A stretch of DNA of 64,000 nt from Octopus vulgaris (taxonomy: Eukaryota): the NCBI GenBank assembly GCA_951406725.2, contig OX597814.1, positions 186,620,001 through 186,684,000 on the forward strand, read 5' to 3'. The translations under genes were made by a program, and so were the position numbers. Of the stretch, positions 49,351 through 62,995 are shown one piece after another. Position 1 is the first letter of the stretch. Every line of letters begins with the position of its first letter. The notes beneath the pieces were generated by a model, which had not been told where the DNA came from, ran no database searches, and saw only the letters and a list, made by a program, of their open reading frames with translations.

Positions 49351-49867
49351 TCTGTTCTGATTGTTTTTCCGAGCGACTGATAGAGAAGCTGTTGCATTCA
49401 TTTTTTTCTTGTCGTACCAGTTAGTTTTCAGATACGGTATAACTAATATTCCGTTATTCAATGAGTCCTTTACTTTTTGCTGGGTTTATTCCCACTCAGT
49501 AGAGTGAAATTTGAGATTTATATGTCCTTTCTAGCAGGCCATAGGATAACATAGTAGAGTTATCTTCGCTGATGCCACTGTCATTCTGTTGTTACTGGAA
49601 TAGAAAACTCTAGAAAGCAGGCCTACAACATGGATATGGCTAGTAAAGTGACGCTTTCATCAAATTGTCAACCCAACATTAGATAAAGAGGAAACGAGTA
49701 AAATTTTATCTCTTCTTTCCTGAAAGAGAAAAGAGACGACAGATTTTCACTTTCTTGGCCACTGATTTTCAGATAACAGGAATGATTGAGCGCCACACGA
49801 TACGAAATAATTTTATCTATTAAAGCCTAAAGAGTTCAATGAACGATGAGAAAATTAAATATAATTA

Positions 49868-50170
49868 TTGTTTGTTCCTTCTCGAGCCACGCCTGGCTCA
49901 TAAGGGCCGGTTTCCCGGTTTCCTTGACGTATAGGTTCCCCACCTGGATGGGACGCCGGTCCGTCGCAGGTGAGCTGCAAGATGCAAGAGGAAAGAGTGA
50001 GAGAAAGTTTGGTGAAAGAGTCAGAAGAAGTTCGCCATTACCTTCTGTCTGTGCCACGTGGAGCTTAGGTGTTTCGTTCATAAACACACACATCACCCGG
50101 TCTGAGATTCGAACCTGCTATCCCTCGACCGCGAGTCCACTGCTCTAACCACTAGGCCATGTGCCTCCAC
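49868..50170 (-). mobile_element. Full-length SINE family C
   Basis: Reverse complement of the 20555 family; 12-bp TSD taaatataatta (49856-49867, 50171-50182). Confidence 0.93.
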
Positions 50171-51240
50171 TAAATATAATTAATTTATGTAAATTACTTA
50201 GTTTAGGGCAAGAAATTTACTGTACAGAAGATATCTAGAATTCTGAATTCACATAAATTTTTACATAAAACTATATAGAGAAGTTAGGGAAATATTGCAT
50301 ACAAGTTAAAAAATGAAACTATTTATGATTGTTTCATGGCGTAGCAGTCCCAATTGTAATACCCTTAAAATTTAAAACTGAATCATTCTTAAAGTTTCTT
50401 CTAAGTCATATATTTCTCCCAATGAAAACACCGACTCATAAACCTAAATTTGGTGTAAATCCGTGTCTTATTTTGGATACCTTCTCACAATACCCAGTCA
50501 ACAGAGATCTCGTAATTGTACCAACGTTATGAGCTGTTTCAACATAGTGACAAAGAAAAATTTCTACAAAGCGCATGTTGGTGTTTAGCTCTGAAATCAG
50601 CGGCGTTAGGTGAATAAGTTAATATCTCCGTGGATATGACGCCAACTTTCAGGCAACTACTTGTAATGAGATAATAGATTTAGATATCTACTCCAGAGAT
50701 ACAACAATACGTCTGCATCGAAAAAAAGAGGCGTAGCCAGGTTCTAAAGTCAGGAGGAGCGAGCAGATCAAAAACAAAAAGCGACGTGACACATACCAAA
50801 CAATTTTTAACACATTTCTTTTATATCACGTGAAATATTTCATTAGTTATAATATATGTAGTTGTATTCTACATTCATTAATTTCAGGTTTCAGTAATAA
50901 TTTCATTATGCATGAAGCTTACAACTACTGATATAGGTGTGACATGAAAAAGATGAAACTCTACGAGGTCGTCTAGTGTCGAGAGATTATGACGTTAGGA
51001 TTTGTTTCAGTTCTTCGGAAGTCAGCAGCCACCAACACATCACAAATTTGAGCAGACACTTCAAAAACACGGAAGGTTGGTCAAATAAAGTAATGACTCC
51101 AGAAAGTTCTTCTAATGCCATGCGATTAGCGAGAAAAAAAATATATTCAACTTTTATCGCACAAGTGAACTAAATAGGGTTTTTTTAAATTGTTGAAAAG
51201 GGGCCAATTTTGAAAAATGTTCTCGTGAGGAGCGTCGCTC

Positions 51241-52096
51241 GGATCTTTGTGGTTTTCGTCACTGTCTACAATTTTGTTCCAACTGTTTTCAAATTTGGTA
51301 TATCGATTAAGTTTTGTATACAAATTATGAAAATGAAATTCATTTTTCCTATAAATCCATAATTAAAAAGTTACTAGCCTTTAAAATTTGCAAAATTTGG
51401 GTAATTTAGCCAATCTGAAGCGAGTATTTTACACATCACCGTAGCGAAGACCTTTGTTTCCATAGTAACCATAGATGCTGTGCATAGCATGCGCCCAAGG
51501 AGAGTAACCACCACGTGTTATAATTGTTTGTTTTCATAACAGATGGGACTCACACTACAACAAATTGAAAGTACCTGATCATCTTTAAAGTGTGGAAGCA
51601 AACAGCGGTGTGGGACACACCGTTCCATGGTTGACTCTTACCTTTGTGAATTTATGTGGAGAAAGAGATATGAGAAAGATAATTTATTTTATAAAATCCT
51701 AGAATGTATTGCAAACTTTCTTCCTTCAATATTTTTAACTAATATCTGTTTTAAGTAATGTTTTGACTGTTATTTCTAGCAACTCCTGTTGGCTTGTTCG
51801 TAACTTTTAAATATTTAATTTGCTTGCAAATGTTTTAATGTTTTTCCGTTTACTGTAGCTAGTTTAATATTTTGACATACCGGTGTCCCCACCAATACGT
51901 GCTGTTTTCTGATCGGCTGAAAATTATCAAACTTTGAAAATCTGTAACATTTTCGCAAAAGATTTTGGGGATAAATGAATAACAAATTCGGATTCAGCGT
52001 CAAAAATTACATCTATATGATACATTATAATTTTTTTTTTTTTTTTAATTTTTTTTTTAAGATTTCGACAAGCAGTGACGAAAACTACAAAGATCC
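51241..52096. mobile_element. Non-autonomous DNA transposon/MITE with GGATCTTT termini and 8-bp TSD (Merlin-like)
   Basis: TIR ggatctttgtggttttcgtcactg / cagtgacgaaaactacaaagatcc; TSD cgtcgctc / cgccgctc. Confidence 0.9.
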
Positions 52097-53602
52097 CGCC
52101 GCTCCCCTTGCCCTCCTATCGCAAAATGAGCCCCCTTTAATTTTGCTCAGATTGCTTTCAATTTAAGTATATCGATGCAACTCTGAATTTTGATTACGAT
52201 CAACCAATTGCTTTATCTCGTATTTGGACTCAGAATTTAACTATATTTATTTATTTTTTTGTTTATTTATACTGATGTTTTAAAAGTTACAAGGTCTCTG
52301 CCAAAATATTTTATTTGCACTAGTAGCATGTTTTGCTCAGAAAACTACATTTTATGTATATGACAAGAAAATATGTCTTTTGCAAGAGCACCATATTACC
52401 ACATGCAAAAGTATTGTTTTTAATGCTATGTTTTATTGTCAGATGCACATTTTGTCAGATGCACATCATTTAAAAATTGATTATCTATTACTTAGCATCA
52501 TAAGTGGAATATAAACCCCCTAAGATCTAGTCACAATGATTTACATAAAGCAATAACACGACACTGACTACTATATGGATTCTACATAAGATTATGCCTT
52601 TATGAACTATTAAAAAATTTCGTTGAAAAATTTCTAGAAATTTTTTTTTTCGTTTGTTCTTGTGAGTCTTTTCTTCTTTCTTTCTTTCGTCATTTAGCAA
52701 ATAAAAGCCGACCTTACGCTTCATCAATTATATTAAATGTCAGCATCTCTAAAATATGGATCAACTTAAGCGAAATCTTTCCGTAGCAGACTTGTTTATT
52801 TAGTGTATGATATTGTTCGAAATTCCAGCTCTTCTTCCGCAATGCGAGCGAATGAATTATATTGAATCAATTGCCTAGCAACAAGCATCACTAAAATCAG
52901 TTACCCTCTTCCTCTACCTTATATTATACTTGCGCGCGTGTGTGTGTGAATGAATGAGCGCGTGCGTATGAGCCGTTCTACATGTACGAGTAAACCTCTG
53001 CAGACATGTGCGTGTAATTATTGCTGTGTGTGTGTAGCGCGGACGGGTTTACGAGCATGTAGGCTTCGTTTCTGGTCACTGTCAGAGTAAGAATATCAAT
53101 AATTCATTTCACTTTATACGATTCCTCTATTCAAGGTCCCAGTGAGATGAAACAGATCAGGATCGACCCACTCTCCCTATCCGTACTTGCCGCGCATCGA
53201 TTTGTTCGTAGTCAGTAAATTCGCACGCTATATGACAGTGGAAATTTGAAGCAGCAGTCATGTTAATTGGCTGCCGGTCGCTTTACTATAAAATACACCT
53301 AGTATCTGATTTATTCGTAACTAATTCCGGGAAAATCAAGGGGGGAAAAAAAAAAGAGAAAACCTTTCGTTCTTGTTTCCTAGCAACCAGTTTCTGCTAA
53401 ACAAAATATAGATTCGTCTGTGCAAGCGTGCACACGAATGTACATACACACACGTCTGTGAACATATGGGAGCGTACATTTTTTTCAAAATTATCCATTT
53501 GTCGAAAGCGAAGTGATGGGAATTGAACTACATATCCTTCGCTTGCTGCAATGTTTTTCAAGACCAATTTAATGCATAGATGTTTTTAAAGCCGAAAGTG
53601 TG

Positions 53603-53634
<32 letters not shown>

Positions 53635-54065
53635 TGAATGATAACTAGACACATCAACCTCACTAAGCACACAGACACGTACGCATATTTTGGTGTGTGT
53701 GTGTGTACGCACACGTACAAACAGAGAGATAGAAAAATGGTGGTGATTAGTGGTAACTGTTCCTTGCCTTTACACCACTGAAAGTGTTGCCAATAAAGAA
53801 AGGTTCTGCATATATTTTTTGTTGAGGTTGACTAAGCTTCTGTAGATTATGTAACCTATATTGGTGCACACGCAGCCGAGAGACAGATGAATAATGAACC
53901 TCTCTAATGACAAAGGATTAGTTATCTTATATCAGTCAATATGTTTTAATAAATCATGCAATACAACATACAGCGTTGACCAATTCAAGATTAACAAAAC
54001 AAAAAAAGTATTTCTATCCATGCGCTAAAACAGTTCTGGAATTGCAAGCCCTTAGGAAAAAACAT

Positions 54066-54273
54066 GGTACTTGTTCCAGTCATTTGACTGCGGCCGTGCT
54101 GGAGCACCGCATGAATGGGTTTTTTAGTCGAAGAAATCGACCTCCATGACTTATTCTTTGTAAACATAGTACTTACTCCATCAGTCTCTCTAGGCGAACC
54201 GCTAAGTTACGGGGACGTAAACGCATAAACATCGGTTGTCAAGCGAAGGTGAGGGTACAAAAACAGTCCCAAA

Positions 54274-54317
<44 letters not shown>

Positions 54318-54320
54318 AAA

Positions 54321-54403
<83 letters not shown>

Positions 54404-54735
54404 CGGCAAATAAGAAAAATTAAGGGTAAACCACTTTTTACCCCCGCCTATATATGACACTCAATTGCAAGATTGCGACGCAATAACCAGCATTTGAGTA
54501 TAAATAATTGGGTACACTACCAACAGTATATTGGATAGGATATTATATCTCTTAGTTGGTTGGTTTCCTAACTTCTAACTCTCACAGAAATAGACAGACA
54601 GAGAGATACGACGGGCTTCGTTCAGTTTCTGTCTACCAAATCCACCCACAAGGCTTTGGTGGTCGGCCCGCTGAGCGACTAAATCCGGAACCATATGGCT
54701 GGGAAGCAGATTTCTTACCACACAGCCATGCCTGT
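54066..54735 (-). mobile_element. SINE family B pieces split by (CA)n/(GATA)n and other sequence
   Basis: rc tail cagtcatttgactgcggccgtgctggagcaccgc; rc body acgacgggcttcgttcagtttc...ccacacagcca. Confidence 0.75.
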
Positions 54736-55335
54736 GGCTTTATTTCCGAAAGGGAAAATGACAACCTGCTTGCAGACAGGAATGAAACTGGGCATCTCTT
54801 GTTGACATCGCTTCCTTTCCTTCACAATAAAGTTTTCCAATCTAAGCGTTAGGCTAGCAATTTCGAGGAGATGAGGTTAGTACATTGGCTGGCACATTAC
54901 TTTAACGACATCGAAAGGAGGAAAGGCAAATCTGACCTCGGTAAAATTTGAACTCAGAATTTCTCTCACAAATAAATGCATGGAAATATTTTATTTCCAT
55001 GCATTTAAACTCTTAAACCACGGCTCTACTTATATTTATGTAGCTTATTAAGTAAATTAAGTTTGAAACAATAAGATAAATGTCTAAGATAATATAATCT
55101 TGAGTGTAGACAAGAACAGAAGCTAAGATATACTTAAAAATAAAATTAATTTTTAAAGATGCTTTCTTGCATAAACAGTACTGGATACTATACATTTGAA
55201 AAACAACATTTTAAAAGCGAGAAAATTTGAACTGTTCTCACTCTCTCTCTCACACACACACACACAAAGTGAGAGTGTTAAGTTTAAGCGAATTATTACT
55301 TCTATTACTTAAATTATTATCAAGGGGCTCAGTAT

Positions 55336-56270
55336 GGCGGCGAGCTGGCAGAAATGTTAGCACGCCGGGCGAAATGCGTAGCCGTATTTCGTCTGCTGTT
55401 ACGTTCTGAGTTCAAATTCCGCCGAGGTCGACTTTGCCTTTCATCCTTTCCGGGTCGATAAACTATGTACCAGTTACGCACTGGAGTCGATGTAATCGAC
55501 TTAATCCGTTTGTCTGTCCTTGTTTGTCCCCTCTGTGTTTAGCCCCTGGTGGGTAGTAAAGAAATAGGTATTTCGCCCGTCGCTACATTCTGAATTTCCG
55601 CCGAGGTTGACTTTGCCTTTCATCCTTTCGGGGTCGATAAATTAAGTACCAGTTGAACACTGGGGTCGATGCAATCGACACATCCACTCCCCAAAAATGG
55701 CTGCCCTTGTGGCAAAATTTGAAACCGTTATTAAGGGACCCAGTTACAAGTTGTATATATGTTCGTTCTATTTTATCACCTCTCTCTCATTATTGGTCGC
55801 TATATTTTTTTCTATTTTTTTCTATTTCTTTTTTTTTCTTTGTCATTTAGATAGATAAATGAATAATTATTTCTTATAACTAAAGCGGCGCGCTGGCAGA
55901 AACATTAGCACGCCAGGCGAAATGCTTAGCAGTATTTCGTCTGCCGCTACGTTCTGAGTTCAAATTCCGTCGAGGTCGACTTTGCCTTTCATCCTTCGGG
56001 GTCGATTAAATAAGTACCAGTTACGCACTGGGGTCGATATAATCGACTTAATCCGTTTGTCTGTCCTTGTTTGTCCTCTCTGTGTTTAGCCCCTTGTGGG
56101 TAGTAAAGAAATAGACACGTCTTCCGGCTTTTTGAGTTCAAATTCCGGCGAGGTCGACTTTATCTTCCATCGTTTGGAAGCCGATAAAATAAATTCTAGT
56201 CCAGCACTAGGGTCGATGTAATCGACTTCTTTTTAAAATTACAGGCCTTGTGCCAAAATTTGAAGCCATT
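55336..56270 (+). mobile_element. Two dimeric SINE family A copies (55336-55730, 55885-56270)
   Basis: Family head and duplicated body in each. Confidence 0.9.
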
Positions 56271-56934
56271 GGTTATTATTATTCAATGGTTTTCCTTGAC
56301 TACTAGACATTGTATCTGCGTTCTCTCTATAGATAGATCACCGAGAAAACATGGTATTCCTCCACCTCCTTCTCTCTGTGTTCCATCGCTATTAAATAAC
56401 ATGTCTCGCTCGGCTTCTTCATCAAACAATTCAGGTTCGATTTCACCGCGAGACACTGAGAAAGTGTCCGCTACCAGAGTTTTGGATCGACCAAAGATTT
56501 GTGAGTGAAATTTGGTAGATAGGAACTATGTATAAGTGTATCGGAGGGGCCGTTTTTATTCTAGGTTAGTAGAGATAATGTATCGTCCAGTTTTACTCCA
56601 CAATCTGACTCTTAAATGTTTTTAACGGAAACTACTCTGATACAAATATTTGAGTCGGGTCCTCGACCTATTGATAACTTCTTAACTAGCATTAGTCATA
56701 GGGAACTTGAAGAGGGTTATAAGCGCTGCCGTTTCCCCTCTGATGAAACCATTAAAAGTTATATCTGCTGTTATTGTAATTTCTGTGCCATGTTTTATCT
56801 CTTTCCCATCTAGCTTGCCAATACATTATCTCGAGACACTTTACAAAAAGTATATCTCTATTCCTAATAAATATAAACATAAATAAATAATGCATTCTTG
56901 AATTGAAATATAATTATTTACCTACTTTTATATA

Positions 56935-58234
56935 CGAGGGTAAGTCAAAAATTATACGCACCCTTGTTTCTGTAATTTATTAAAACTAAAGCAGGGGTTG
57001 AACAATTACAACACTTTCGACATGGTCTCCTTTCTTTTTGATGCACTACTTCCAGCGGTCCACAAGCTTACTTATTCCATCGCAGAGGAAAGTTTTCGGC
57101 TGGTCGCGCAGCCATTTATGCACCGCTTCCAGCAGTTTCTTCACTACAACAAATCAACGACCTCGTAAAGAATGTTTGAGCGGTCCAAAGAGGTAATAGC
57201 GAGAAGGGACGAGATCTGGACTGTATGCAGCGTGTTCCAGCTTCTCGAAATCCAATTTTCAATGCTTTCAACGCTGTGGGTGGTCGTGTGTGAGCGTGCA
57301 TTGTCGTGCAACAATAACACTTGCTTTGAGAACAGATCTTAGCGTTTGGTGAGAATTACTGGCTTTGATTTGTTGGCCACTATTTCACTGTAGCTTACAC
57401 AGGTAACTGTTGGCTCTTTTTCCAGGTAATGCTCCAGTATGGGCTATTTTATGTTCCAATAACCCGATTAGCATAATTTATTCTGCGAAAGATTGACTCT
57501 TGAATTTATTTTTTTCTGGCGACTCCGAGTGTTTCCACTCTATACCCTGCCTTTTTGGATCCTAGCTGAAAGTGATGGACCCAAATCTTATCTCATCTGT
57601 AACTATTCTCTCCGAAAAAGCTTCGCTTTCATCGTTGTAGCTGTCAAGTAAGTAAACGTTACAGATCTCCACACGATTGCGGTTTTGCGCTTCAGTAAGC
57701 TCTGTTGGCACCCATCTTTACGGAAGCGAAGCTTGTAGTGGATGATTTCGTATGCAGAACTATGACTAATTTGCAGAGAGCACGTCACCTCATCGATGGT
57801 CACTCGTCGGGTCTCTAGAACCATCTCTCGAGCTGGTTGAACCTTCATGTCAGTGGTGGAGGTTGGTGGGCGTCCTGCTCCCCTTCGTACTTCACGCTAG
57901 TTCGGTCATTTTTAAACTTCTCGATCCACTCAGACACACTTTTACGCGGTAGAGCGATGTCACCGTATTGTACTGAAAACCTGCGACGAATTTCAACCCA
58001 TGACACACATTCAAACAAGAGAAATCAAATCACTGATCTCTCTTCTTCTTCTTTGGTGCACATTGCCAGCAAAGCGATCATGTTTACTGTGTAACTTAAG
58101 AAAGAAAATTGGAGTGATCAAGATCAAACCTCGGTTACATAACCACAAAAGTACCAACTTTTAACACGCAAACGCTAATGACAATTGTAACGAGCGTAAA
58201 GAAAGTTTTAGCGATACTTTTAAACTTCCTCTAG
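56935..58234 (-). mobile_element. Mariner transposon, decayed
   Basis: TA|cgagggtaagtcaaaaattatacgc and degenerate right TIR gcgatacttttaaacttcctctag|TA; minus fragments EWIEKFKN, RRVTIDEV..LQISHSSAYEIIH, HARPHT-like, RLWKRCI region. Confidence 0.85.
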
Positions 58235-58483
58235 TATATTTGATATGTCACAGATTTGGATATCATTTACCAATGTCTATATCTGTACATAGATAATATA
58301 ACCATGTGAATACATATTCGCTGTCTCATCGTTTTTATACAGATTTGAAGTTCAACTCTTGATGATTTGCATAAACAACTGTTCGGGTCAGAAACATGAT
58401 CAATCAGACACGCCAAACACTTTTAAATAGCCTCACTGCGATTTTCTTTTTTACTAGAATGCCCGTGTCGTCAAAAACAGTTT

Positions 58484-58523
<40 letters not shown>

Positions 58524-58611
58524 GTATATGTGCATATACATATTATGTATATATTCATACACATATGTGTAAATACATATATGTTTGTGTGTATGCATAC
58601 CTTTTTATTTT

Positions 58612-58880
58612 TACTTGTTTCAGTCATTAGACAGCGGCCATGTTGGGGCACTGCCATGAAGAATTTTAGTCGAGCGAATCGATACCAGTACTTCTTTTTT
58701 AAAAGCCTGTTACTTATTTTATCGTTCTCTTTCTCCGAACTGCTAAGTTACGGGGACGTAAACACACCAGCACCAGTTGCCATCTACTAAATATCAGAAA
58801 ACACTTGCCCAGGGCGCCACATAATGAGACTATAAAACGAAACCATGTGGTTGAGAAGTAAACTTCTTGACCCACAGCCA
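58612..58880 (-). mobile_element. SINE family B, degenerate
   Basis: rc tail tacttgtttcagtcatt.. and rc core gacacttgcccagggcgccac. Confidence 0.75.
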
Positions 58881-58940
58881 ACAAATTGTATATGTACATG
58901 CCAAAAGTACATATATATGTATGTATATCTATATACGTGT

Positions 58941-58971
<31 letters not shown>

Positions 58972-60346
58972 AGAAAGAGAAAGAGAGAGGGAGAGAGAGA
59001 GTATTACTTTGTCTTTCATCCTTTCGGGGTCGATAAATAAAGTACCAGTTACGCACTGGGGTCGATGTAATCAACTTAATCCGTTTGTCTGACCCCTCTA
59101 TGTTTAACCCCTTGTGGGCAATAAAGAAATATATATTAAAAGTAAACATTCAGCTTCAGCATATTTCTAATTTCCACTATTTTGTTCACTATAAGTAAAT
59201 TACTTCAGTCACCTTATTCTGGAGATTTATCACCAATGGGAAAGGAGTTTAGTATGCCCCATTCTAAGTAACAATTTGAAATTTTCTTGCATAATTTCCA
59301 AATTTTCGAAGCTGCTGACAAGATTAATAAAATTCTGAATTCGATGACGAGATTCATTAAATCTGTTCTTACTCCACAATAAACAAGAGACACAATCTTT
59401 GACTTTATAAAGTGGTTGCATTGTTTGCCTCGTCTATCAATTTGTTTGTTGTTTTTCGTCAGTATTATAAGGTTTCACTATATTCCTGCTAGATAAATAT
59501 TTGAACATCAGACAAATACCACAAGAGTGAACATGGCAATTGTGGTGCCATGTTTTAAGGTACTGAATTGCATATTCTAAGAAACAACTGTCAATATATA
59601 ACAAATTACCAAATGAAATCCTTGTAAATGATCTTCAAGTATATAAATTGTAAACCATCTGGAGAAATACTAATAGTTTAATAATTAAAAAAAAAAACGC
59701 TGAGTGGAATTAGAAAGGAACATTCTACATAATGTCTTTAGAGATATTGAAGAATTTGTTTTCAATTACTAAGAGGAGAGGCAAGGCACTCTTAGACTTA
59801 GCTGATATCTATGGAATGGAGTAAAGTAATCAGAGAGTGTGTTCTATCAGGCTGTATCCTTGGAAAGGAAAAATTGGGCAAAGTCCTTGGCAGCGTAATT
59901 TACTCCGCTTTGTGAACTATTTAGTGCAGGATTTGCAAGTGAGAGAGAGGTGATAGATGTAAAAAAAATAGGTGGCTTAAATGGAGGTGAAACGCAACTT
60001 TCTCGTTCAGGCCTGCCGAATCCTTTGAAGAGGAAAGGAGAATAAGCAGTGTGTCTGTGAACCAATGCTGGAGTGTGAATGAATATTTGCCAATCATGAT
60101 GGAGTTCTTTGACTGCAGTCAAGACTATAAGTACTGTCTACCAGATGCGTGAGCATTACTCTAATGTTGATCACGTATGTGCTTTGTAAAAGATCAGTGA
60201 CTGATCAGGAACGAAGTTTTAGTAGTTCTGGAGAGCGTCTAGCCTTTGGGCTGCAATTTTAAGAATGTTATGACTATTCGCCAGGCACCCGTAACGAGAA
60301 TTTATAGTGTGACTTCGAGTTTTAACAGCGGTTTGCTTATTAATAG

Positions 60347-60513
60347 CAGGACCAGCTCAAGGTACCGGCAACTCGAGTAGTCGCCCGGGGCGCCATGTGC
60401 TTTTTAGTCTACATTTTCAGTTTCTTTTTATGAAAGTTTTTTTAAGATTTATACATGTAAGGGCGCTGAAGTTCAGCTTACCCGAGGTGCCAGCAACCCT
60501 AGGGCTGGCCCCG
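60347..60513. mobile_element. Small hAT-like MITE
   Basis: Imperfect TIRs caggaccagctcaagg / ccctagggctggccccg; 8-bp TSD-like attaatag / atctatag. Confidence 0.65.
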
Positions 60514-60980
60514 ATCTATAGGGAGTGTGTACTGTTGCTTGGTTTTTGTCCTTGATATGTGTAGTGATCGCACTTTTGTACAGTTGGTGAAAGCAGCGTT
60601 GTCATATTCTCATTGAATGGTGTCTATTTGGAGTCCCTTTATTTTATAAGGTTGCCAAATGTGAGGTTCAATACAAGCAATCAGACGTAGGTTGTTTACT
60701 AACTTAAATATCCTCAGCAACTGATGCTTCTTTTGATGAAGCACACGGACACTGTCTTCAGAGTTACGTAATCGATTGTTTTGACGCTGGCACTTTATTA
60801 TAATGACTATAGCAAGGAGGTAGATAAAATCGACTTCAGTTGCATTGAACTCTCAGCAATGAGACATTGAAGTAGACACTATAAGATATCTATTCTGTCA
60901 TTTCCGTCATACGATCTCAACCGTCTTAGATGAACAATAAGAGAAGTATACCGCACATGCTTTAGTACAGACATTCTACG

Positions 60981-61023
<43 letters not shown>

Positions 61024-61146
61024 TAAAAACTTATGTAATTTTCAGAATAGTAAATGATATAACTGTTCTGGTTGATATGTAAATATGTTGTCAAAAAAAT
61101 CACAGAAGTGGATATGAAACGAAGAATAATACACTAGTAATGCGAT

Positions 61147-61177
<31 letters not shown>

Positions 61178-61559
61178 CAGCAGCAGCATTAGTAATGGCG
61201 GTGGTGGAAACAGCAGCAACAGCAGCAGCAGTTATGGCAACAGCAGGAGTAGCAATATCCATCACATACGTATATTGAATTTCGATCAATACAGGAATAT
61301 TTTAAAATAACCATTAACGTGTAAATTATGTAGCCCGGCACATCAGTCGAATGACTAGAACTACTTGCACATCTCATCTAACGGGAAAAGCCTCACAGCT
61401 GTGAGAGCTACTATAGTTTAACAATGAGCTTCTTGGTTTGTTGATAAAGGGTTGGGGGGGGGGGTTCTGTCTGGTTTTTGTTTTTTGGTCTTAACCCGCC
61501 AATGTTTAAAGAATCATGTTGCAATGTGGAGATTTCGGTTATCTTTCGAATTAGTATAG

Positions 61560-61985
61560 ATAGGTCCCTAATTTGGATGCGACACGCAGCGATACGTTTT
61601 CCGACTCCAATTTTGCTGCATCGGCCGCAATCCCGAGTGTCGCCGCCCTTAACGGAGAGGAGTGAAAGATAAACAAATACAGGAGCCTGACCGGCGTTAT
61701 CAGTTTGTGTCGGTCGCCGTCGAAGCGCCGGGTGTTCTCGGACTCCCGCATTGCCGATTTCCTTCACCAATCGGGATAATTGCGACCTATCTGAGAAACG
61801 AGTCCCGCGAGGTGCGATGGCTGTTGCAACAAGTGACACTGGTCATTCTCCACGGCAACGCCTTTGCAATCATGTCCGCGAGGCGCGGCTAAACATGCCA
61901 TTAGATCTGGGGTGTACAACCCATTACACTCTCCCCACCTGATCTTCTGCTGCTTAATTCCCCCTACCCTATTTCTTCTTTTTCT
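61560..61985 (+). pseudogene. 3' fragment of an RLE-type (CRE-like) non-LTR retrotransposon
   Basis: Frameshifted RSLIW(D)ATRSDTF..S..AASA..P..AA...EE*KINKY, then RYQFVSVAVEAPGVLG...REVRWLLQQVTLVILHGNAFAIMSA; matches the restriction-like endonuclease C-terminus pattern (WD.T, K..KY, F.P.A.E..G, RGNA). Confidence 0.75.
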
Positions 61986-62526
61986 TTGTTTCCTTGTGGA
62001 GGTAGTTAATTTTTTCTCTCTCGCTAATTTGATCTTTTATACTTTAATATTTTCGTTTGCTATAAAAATATGTTGTTGATAAAACATCAAATAGAGGAAT
62101 TTAAAGTATTCCGGTCAGACTTCAACTGGTTTCATATTTAAAAAAAAAAAAACAGGAGTTAAGTAGATATAGTTAAAACGCATATTAGAAAATAATGCGG
62201 TGTTTTAGATGAATATTAAAAAAGTAAACTATATTTCTAATATATGTTGACGTTGCTCATCGGTGATGAACTTAGCAGATGTCGCTCAATCAGTAAGTCT
62301 ATATAGCGCTATTGTTGAAAATAAATAGGCCTTATTGCTTTTGGAGGGCTAGTTATTAAATATGAAGTACCAGTAGTATGATGGTGTCGGATCATTTAGA
62401 TTTCATGTAACCATGAAACATTGAACTACTTTGCTAATTCTTCAAATAATACTGCAAGTCTTTATATATATACTATTTATATTTATTATATTATATTATA
62501 TTATATTATATTATATATATATATAA

Positions 62527-62715
62527 AGGGAAAGTTTACGAAAAAAAACAAAAGACGAAGACAGGTGGTGTACAAAACAAACAAATGTATTAGTATAGCG
62601 CTCAGGAATAGAAAAGTCTTTTACGTTTCGAGCCTACGCTCTTCTACAGAAAGGTACACAGAAAAAACAAGGAGGGAAAAAAATGTGTGTAGTGGCTAAC
62701 GATCTATCATGACGT
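62527..62715 (-). mobile_element. Short PLE-pLTR-like repeat with variant hammerhead
   Basis: Minus cuuu-CUGUAGA-a-gagc(guag)gcuc-GAAA-cg-UA-aaag at 62618-62653, next to an AT microsatellite. Confidence 0.6.
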
Positions 62716-62875
62716 CTGACAGCACACCAGTGTTGTCGAAATTGCCGGCAGTTTCTATTAATGATAAAAAATGTTGCATCAAAACAATGACAGAATCCAT
62801 TCATAAATGTCAGCAATTGAGTAAATTGAACAATCAGACACGGTTGTAATGTCTCCGTTGAAAATATTCTTTTCT

Positions 62876-62995
62876 GCTCTAGGCACAAGGCCCGAAATTT
62901 TGGGAGAGGGGGCCAGTCGGTTAACTCGACCCCAGTACGCAACTAGTGCTTAGTTTATCGACCCCGAAAGGATGAAAGGCAAAGTCGACCTCGGA
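62876..62995 (-). mobile_element. SINE family A 3' half
   Basis: rc body tcgaccccgaaaggatgaaaggcaaagtcgacctcgg. Confidence 0.85.

Noticed and set aside
54973-55007. Perfect 16-bp hairpin taaatgcatggaaata-ttt-tatttccatgcattta
   Set aside because: Isolated, AT-rich and too short for a pre-miRNA; likely a local fold-back scar near a SINE remnant.
56540-56800. Possible further PLE end with CTGATGA (56740)
   Set aside because: Only faint peptide cues and no GAAA or stem II; too decayed to support.
59800-60720. Possible LINE endonuclease relic around the small hAT-like MITE
   Set aside because: Motif similarity too weak to call without a profile search.
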